A stretch of DNA of 64,000 nt from Lama glama. Its lineage: Eukaryota. The notes below the pieces were generated by a model. The model ran no database searches. It saw only the letters and a program-made list of their open reading frames with translations, and was not told where the DNA came from. The stretch lies in contig CM052816.1 of assembly GCA_028534125.1 (NCBI GenBank), positions 21,330,001 to 21,394,000 on the forward strand, written 5' to 3'. Shown here one piece after another: positions 56,850 through 64,000 of the stretch. Each line of letters starts with the position of its first letter. Position 1 is the first letter of the stretch. The position numbers were made by a program, and so were the translations under genes.

Positions 56850-59800
56850 ATCTCCTCTTTCATTTTTGATCTTATTTACTTGAGTCTTCTCTTTTTTCTT
56901 AGTCTCACTAAATACTTGTCAATTTTGTTTATCTTGTTGAGAAAGAAGCTCTTAGTTTCATTGCTCTTTTCTATTGTTCTTCTGTATTTCATTTATTTCC
57001 ACTCTGATCTTTATTATTTCCTTCCTTCTGCTAACTTTGGGTTTAATTTTCTCTTCTTTTTCTAGTTTCTTGAGGTATAAAGCTAGATTTTTGTTTGTGA
57101 TCTTTCTAATTTCTTAATATATGTATTTATCACTATAAACTTCCCTTTTAGAACTACTTTTGCAGTATCCCATAGGTTTTGGTATGATGTGTTTCTATTT
57201 TCATTTGTTTTGAGATATTCTTTAATTTCCTTTTTGATTTCCTCTTTGAATTATTGGTTGCTCAGGAGCATGCTGTTTAGTTTCCACAATTTGTAGTTTC
57301 CAGCTTTACTCATGTTGTTGATTTCTACTTTCATACCATGTGGTCAAAAACATCTTAAGTTTGCTAAGACTTGTTTTGTGACCTATCATATGATCTATCC
57401 TTGAGAATGTTCCACGTGTACTTGAGAAGATAGATCAAAACAAACAACAACAATTCCTTGAGAATAGGTCCCATTCTGCTCCCTCTGTTACTAAGAACCT
57501 ACACTGGGAATGCAGGCCACTGTCTTCAAGGCTCTCATCAAGCTGGGGAGAGGGGAATGGGGTCTTTCTGTCACTTAGAAAATTAAAATGTCACCATTTT
57601 AGACAGACATTCTTTGAACACCAAATCTAAAGTGGCTACCTCCATACTGTCTATGACATCATGCTGTTTTACTTCTCTTCAGAATAGTTATCACAGTATG
57701 ACACTTTCTTAGTTATTTGTTGCCTGCTTCTACTAGAATGTGAGTTTAATAAGAGCAGGAGATTACTCATTTCTGTATTCCTAGTGTCTAGAGCCATGCC
57801 TGGCACATAGTGCAGGCTCAAGAAATTCTTGCGGAATGTCTGTGCCCACAGCACCTACCTCTGTGCCTGGCATCTGGCCACAGAGTAAATGTTTGCTGTC
57901 TGAATTTGTCAAGTAATCCATCCCCATTGCACCAATGACCAGAAAGCATCCCTGGACTAGAAGAGGGAGATTAAAGACACACATGTAGGAAAATGATGAG
58001 AAAATCTGCAAAGAGGCCTAAGACAGAAGGTCAATTCCTCTAGAAGTGTTTTAGGAGCTTTGTGACAGAGCTGTCATGTCCCTGGCACTGGTGTGCCACT
58101 CAAGGGACAGCCCTACCTTAGTTGCTTGGGCCATTAGGTCCACATAGAATGCACACAAGGCAATGGGGCAGTTTGCAGGTGCAGCTGAGAGGCCTTTATA
58201 AGGTCTGCTTGTCAAAGGAAATTAGACCCTTTTTACCTCTTCCACTGTTCACTCTGCTTCTGTACTCCCTGGGATCTGCAGGTTGATTTTCCCATCCACA
58301 ATCCTCAGCACAGTGGATCAACCTTCCCATATGCTGGTGACAGCTCACTGCTCCCATGGCCGCCACCTTCTCTGGTGTGGCACCAGGCCTGCTGGCTGAG
58401 AGGGCACCTAGAGTATGTGGGAAGTTTTGGCACACAGCATCAGTTTCCTCTATTGAGGACCTCTCCTGTAGGCCTCATCTCTCCCCGAGAGCCTGGTAGG
58501 TTAATGGTCCAAGCAGTCTCTGTGAGGAGCTTACATTGCCCTGCTGAATCAAGATGGCTGATAAGGCCAGACTGGGCCATGGTGAGGAGCTACTCTCCTG
58601 AGCACTAGGCCATCTCTAGGGCATGTCCCAAAGAGAACAGCAGCCACTCACACTATCTTGGCCTGGGAGGTAAGTTTCCCTGGGGTCAAGGCTCTGAGGG
58701 AACAGGTGAGGCCTCAGCCTTCACTGTAACCAAGAGTCATGATGTAAAAAAACACCCAGAAGCTTCTTATCTAAGGTGAGAACTCCAGATGCCAGGGCCA
58801 TGGGTGGACACAGCTCATCAGAGAAAGCTACCTCTTTTTAGTGGCAGAAACTTCTGAGAAGTGGCTTCCCAGGGTGTGGCCCTATTTGTGGACTTTCTGG
58901 CTTGGAGATAAGGGGACTGAGGAGGTACACAGCAGATCCTCTCACTCCTCTGTCACACTCTAAATTGGTCCCTATGTCTGAGGCACTGGTATGGGGCTCA
59001 GGAGGGGAGTGGGTCCAGGTAAGTTTTGAATCTGAGGAGCCAGACAGCCAGTCATGGACTTTCTGATCCTTGTTCTGCTGACATATCCTTGTCTCCGTTC
59101 TCAGCATGGATTGGACAGTTAGGGCAGAAATTGTGTCTGGGGATGACTCTTCCTCTTTTTAGAGTGCCTAGGGCACTGTCCCTTCACAGGCCTACCCCTT
59201 GGCCCTCAGTTCTAGGACAAATCATCTGGGCCCAGGGGGATTGCTCTGGGAGAATCTGAGGGGTCACATGAGCCCATCTCAGGAGATGTGGGCTTAGTCT
59301 AGGATGCAGGCCTTCTTGGGCTATGATGCTGGGGGAGAGTACAGGGTCCTCGTTCTCTGGCCCTCCTCAGCAGTCACCTTAGAAAATGCCATCTCTCCCT
59401 TTGCTTATCCCTACTCTCTGGAGCCTGCTAAAGGCTACTGACCAGGAAGCAGGTGCTTTGTTTACCAGGTGGCACCTGCCTATCTACCTTAGCCAAAGTT
59501 CATCCTCAATTCCTGACTCTGCCCTTTGAGCCAGCATTATCCCTGTACCTTCCCTTTCCCCTAGATACCAAGAAGAGGGAAATAGGGAAATCTCTCTGGT
59601 GTCCAGCAGGGGGAGCTGCTGCCACAGCATCAGAGTTTCCAGCGGGGGCTGGAGCTTGGGAGCAGAACTGCTAATCCTCTGGGAACACAGCCTGGACCTG
59701 GGGGTAGACTCTGGTCTTGCTGGACAGTAGAGGGATGATGGATTGATAGACACGGCCCATCCAGCGGTGGGGCTCCCTTATCCAGCCTTCACTGCCTATC

Positions 59801-60203
59801 ACACCCACACACCCAGTGTCCAAAGGGCAGGGCCGAGCAGTGCTGGTATGTTGTTTCAGGTACTGGCTTTGGTCATCAGCAACCTGGGCATTCCTGGTGC
59901 AAACCGTGAACTTTTTACCTCCTGCCCTACTCTTCAGTTCAATGCCTTTGGCTCCCCAGACTCACAACCTAATCCAAAGCCAAGGCCCCTTTGGCAGAGT
60001 CAGGGTCTCCCTATACTTCTCCCAGAATAGGGAACCTAGGGAAGGCGTGAGAAGGGTCTTGCTCCAACTCATCCCACAATCTGGCCAGTCACTGATCCTA
60101 CTCTCGTCTAGGTCCAGTTCTCTCCATTCCCTACAGCCATAGCCCTAATCCACCTGGAGCACCTGAGCTGCCTCCTATCCATCACCCTGCCTCTAGTGTA
60201 CAG

Positions 60204-60300
60204 CAGGGTCCCAGATTAGGGTGAGGCAAGTAGGGGCCTAGGGTGCAAAATTTAAGGAGACACTCATTCTCATGGTCATGCAAGAGCAGAGTTGCATGAG
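60204..60300. mobile_element. hAT MITE fragment (MER96-like)
   Basis: caggg...tagggtgaggcaagt...tagggtgcaaaatttaaggag; subfamily uncertain. Confidence 0.5.
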
Positions 60301-63299
60301 TGCTTCCTCCACAGAAAGTTTTCTAAAGCACAGGTCAGATTGCCAGTTACCCTCCCAGGGACTGGCCTAGAGTTTACTTCAACAAATATCTGATGACAGA
60401 CCTTGGTTCTCCAGGAGAGGAACAATGAGTCCTACCCTGCAGAGTCCTGGGTACCAGGCTGAGGTCATACTTCTGAGAAGCATTTGAGCTTCTTCAGTGT
60501 GACCCCTGTTGGATGGTCCAGCCTCAGCTGACTTACGGAGCCTCAAAGCAAGTAGGATCTCTTCTGCACTTTTGAGCCTCCAGGCTTTTGCTTGGGCTGT
60601 TCTTGTATCCTGAATGCCTTCATCCACTACTGACTCATCACCCTTTAAGGCCTGCTGAATGCCACCTCCTCAGAGTGACCTTCTGTGAACACTGGCTGAG
60701 ATAAATTGCTCCTGTCCCTACACCCCAGCATCTCTGCTCCTTCACCACATGCTCTGTCACTGTAGGACACACATCTGTCATTCTGCAATCAAGTGCACTT
60801 ACTAAGTGCCTACCGTTTGTGAGGAATGTACTGGGTACCAGGGAAGTGGCTTTGAGTGTAACATCCACATCCTCTGTCCTCGGTGAGCTCACATCCATGT
60901 TACTGTGGGGACCATAGCTGCTCACTTCTAAGTCCCTCCCACGTGGCTGGCACAGGTGCAGGGCTGAGCAACATTCCATGACCATTAGATGCTCCTAAGT
61001 CTTCAGCCTTCTGGAGTTACCACGTCACTAAGAGCAAAGTAATACATGTGTACTCCAGCCCCTAAGGCTATGGGAAGCCCTCTCCAACACCCTCAAGGGT
61101 TCTCGAGGAAGGGAAAATAGCTTGTTTCCTGGGGATGTCACCAGAAGCCTCCTGGTTCATAGCTCCTTTTCCCTGGTCCATTTTGCCTCCCTATATGGAC
61201 CCAGGCCTCTGAAACATTCCCAGAGCGGAATTTCACATTGGTCATCTGACAAGGCGACATGCTCATTGTGGTCTGTCACTTGCCAAGCTGGAGGGCAGAC
61301 AGTCATGCTTTCTCCTGGACCATCCGGGTAGGTGGATCTCTGCTGACCCTTTATCCCTCCTGCCAGCCAGTCGGTCAGTCAGTCAACAGATGCTCTCCTG
61401 AGAAAGCATGCAGAAAAAGGACTGGAACCTCTCACCTGGCTGAGTTCCTATCTAAATTGATCCCCTTTGTGGAGCTACCTTCCAGGAGAGGAAGAGAGCA
61501 ACTTATCTGATGTTAACAGCCTCCTCCCTTTGTTCTGTGGCTGTCTGACCCTTGTCACTAGACTCCCAGTCTCTCTGCAGGACTGGGAGGGGCCATACAT
61601 GTGAACAGGGTGATGGGAAAGAGAGCAAAGATCCCTCTGAGGGACAGAACCAGACAGAAAAGACCACAGTGAGGTTCAAGGAAGCCATGTCCCTTACTCC
61701 TCCCCTCCCTTTGGGGGCATCCACGAGTCTCTGTGGAAAATGTCTGGCTACCAAAACCATCTCAGGGAAAATGTGCATGCTGATGAGACAATCTGAATCC
61801 ATCATCCATCCATCCATCCAACCCCATCCATGCCACACTAGTTCATAGGGCACCTGCTGTGCTCAGCCAGGGATGGGTCCTTGGGCTACAGAAGTGAAAA
61901 GAACAGAGTACCCACTGGGCCACCCCCTTCTCCTGCCTCTTACTCTGCTTTCCTTCCATGAATGTACTTATAACTCAGCAGTTGCTGAGTCCAGGCTACA
62001 AAGACACATTCCTGTTGACATTTTTTAGCTTAAGCTACACCTACTGGTTCCAAAATATGACCTCAAATGGAGCCCAACAAAGAAACTCTGAAGACCAGGT
62101 CCTCCACCAAGTCTAATCTATGGGCTAGGATAAGGATTGGGTTCTCTGCCTCAGATACTATTTGGACTAGGTAGAAGGCCAGCATCAGTGGGTCAGATTG
62201 GGCCACAGAATGAGGGAACAATAGCCTATTTGGTCTGGGGTCTCACTAAACTGCTGCCATGGTCGTTGGACGCCTTAGGGGCACAGCTTCACTGTCTTAA
62301 GCCTTATTTCCAGGGCAGCCCCTGGAGTCGGGATTCCCAGGCTGAGTCACCATGGTCACCAGGGGCTGTGCTCATAGCACAAGCTCTACTCTTGCAGTAT
62401 TTGGAGTTTCCCTGGCCCTCTCCCAGGTCAGCCACTCTGATCCTGGGCCTAGGCCAGAGGAAATCAGTACTGGCCTAGACAAGGAATGCTTGAGGATCTG
62501 GCTAGCTGGTTATCTCCAGAGTGGCCACCACTGCTAGTTGCCCCACTCTCTGCTCCTGAGGACTGAGGGAGCTCTACTTGTTTGATTTGTCATTCCAAGA
62601 GCCATAGTCTCAAGGATGCAAGTAAGGAGACTCCTATCAAAGATAGGGAGCTCAAAAGCAAGAATTAAGGAAACATGGGCTCACAGGCGACACTGCCCAC
62701 CTTTACTGCAGGCATTGCTTTGGTGTGAAGAGGTAAAGGAGGGTCCTGGACCCTGCCTCAACATCCCAAACTCCCAGTCTCCAGAGCCCAGATCCAGGCC
62801 CAACCCACAATTCTCCCTGGCCTGAGCTGCAAGCCCTGGGGAGGGAAGGAAGTGGCCGACCCTCACAGCCAGCATTCCTTTGTGATGACGACAGTCTGCT
62901 CACTGCCCAAACACCCCATCTGGGAGGGCAGTTCTCAGGGAGCCATAGGGGACTCCCTCCCAAAGAGGCTGCTAACGCCTCTCCTACAGAATGGTGCCTC
63001 CTTCAGCTGCGGGCTTCAGCAAGAGCTGACTGGGCTAAGGGGCAAAGAGAGCTGGGCCCTCCTAGATGCCATTAACTCACTCCATTTCTTCACTCATTCA
63101 ATAAGCACTCACTGAGACCCTCCATTCCAGGCCCTCAGGACCCAGCAAGCCGGACTAGGCAAGCAGGGCCACACCATCAAGGGGCTCCACAAATAAAATT
63201 CACAGAAAGGATAATTTCAGCAATGACAACAGCTATGAAGGCAATAAAACGGAATTATGACAGTGAATGGCACAACTGGGGACCTCAGCCGTTTGAAGG

Positions 63300-64000
63300 G
63301 GGCCTCCGCATTCCACAGACTCCACCTGCCTCTTTTCATGCATATAAAGCCCTCTCATCCAGATCCACCACGCCCTCTTATGAGAGAACGCCACCTGGGA
63401 AGGGGCTGGGGGCAGGTGCATTCAGGTGGGGCTTTTCCGAGGCCGGTTTTCCCCGGCTCCCGCTGGAACTTCCAGACGGCCAAGGGCCCGCGACACTGGA
63501 TGCTTGCCCGTCCCCCACCCGCCCTCCACTACGGATCCCATCCCACCCCGGGCTGCCGCTGGCGAACCTCTGCGCTCCCGGCGTGGTTCCCGGAAACTCC
63601 TCGATTTCCCTGTTGTCGCTGCATTTGCAAGAAACCGAAACCCAGGCCCCGCCCCTCCGGCGCTGTCCCGCGGAACCCCGCGCGGAGGCTGGGGGCTGGG
63701 CCCGCTCGAAAGACCGGATCGGAACTGGGCAGCTGGTGCGGCCCCTCCCCCACTAGCAGGGCCGAGGCGGAGGTGGGGAGCCCATGAATGCCCGAGCTCC
63801 ACTCCGCGCCCACCCCCAGCGGGCATCGTCCCCAGCGGCTCAGCACCACCCGCACCTCCCATGGGAAAGCTGCGAGTCTAACCCGATCGCTCTGGCTGCA
63901 GCGGATGGCGGAGTGCCCAGCGAGGGTACGCAACGCGGCCTTCCCCTTCAGCAACGTAGAGGTGGGCGCCATTTCTGTGCGCCTACTGTGTGCCCGCCAA
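63300..64000. promoter_or_regulatory. CpG island with GAS, ISRE and GC box (probable IRF1-upstream regulatory region)
   Basis: High CpG density. TTCCCGGAA 63587-63595, GAAACCGAAAC 63631-63641, CCCCGCCCC 63647-63655. The link to IRF1 comes from synteny only. Confidence 0.7.

Larger units (their letters stand above)
50930..57430 (-). mobile_element. Large nested minus-strand L1 cluster (ORF2 remnants at ~54720-57430 plus several 3' ends)
   Basis: ORF2-like translations at 55206-55712 and 56293-56607, with stacked L1 3'UTRs on minus. Confidence 0.9.

Noticed and set aside
63387..63402. Possible CTCF site (minus strand TTCCCAGGTGGCGT)
   Set aside because: Mismatches at the strongly conserved 5' C positions; too weak without a PWM score or ChIP data.
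63223..63972. Overlapping 146-177 aa ORFs on both strands, possibly IRF1 or a novel gene
   Set aside because: Pro/Gly/Arg-rich translations typical of stop-poor CpG islands. No IRF DNA-binding domain or other recognisable protein; no IRF1 exon is visible in the window.

Overview
Mammalian genomic DNA covering the IL5 end of the Th2 cytokine locus. It is probably a camelid (alpaca/camel), judging by Vic-1-like tRNA-derived SINEs and the L1 3' ends; this assignment is an inference. RAD50 is on the minus strand: CpG-island promoter, coding exons 1-3, and the gene runs off the left edge. A complete 4-exon, 134-codon IL5 gene lies head-to-head with it on the plus strand, with its CLE0/GATA/NFAT promoter and an ARE-bearing 3'UTR. 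The window ends in a CpG island carrying a perfect GAS and an ISRE, probably regulatory DNA upstream of IRF1 by synteny. Most of the rest is transposon-derived (L1 of several ages, L2, MIR, SINEs, MaLR/ERVL LTRs, a fossil ERVL gag-pro-pol, hAT and Tigger MITEs), with one 500-N gap. I found no new gene or new multi-gene system. The most unusual signals are: (1) a tailless 681-bp non-L1 sequence inserted into L1 ORF1 with a perfect 16-bp TSD at an L1-endonuclease site; (2) a second orphan A-tailed insertion in an L2; (3) a proximal AATAAA that could remove the IL5 AREs; (4) coding changes in RAD50 (codon 3 Trp) and in the IL5 receptor-binding loop; (5) several motif-dense candidate enhancers. 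Repeat subfamily names are from recognition only and need RepeatMasker/Dfam confirmation.
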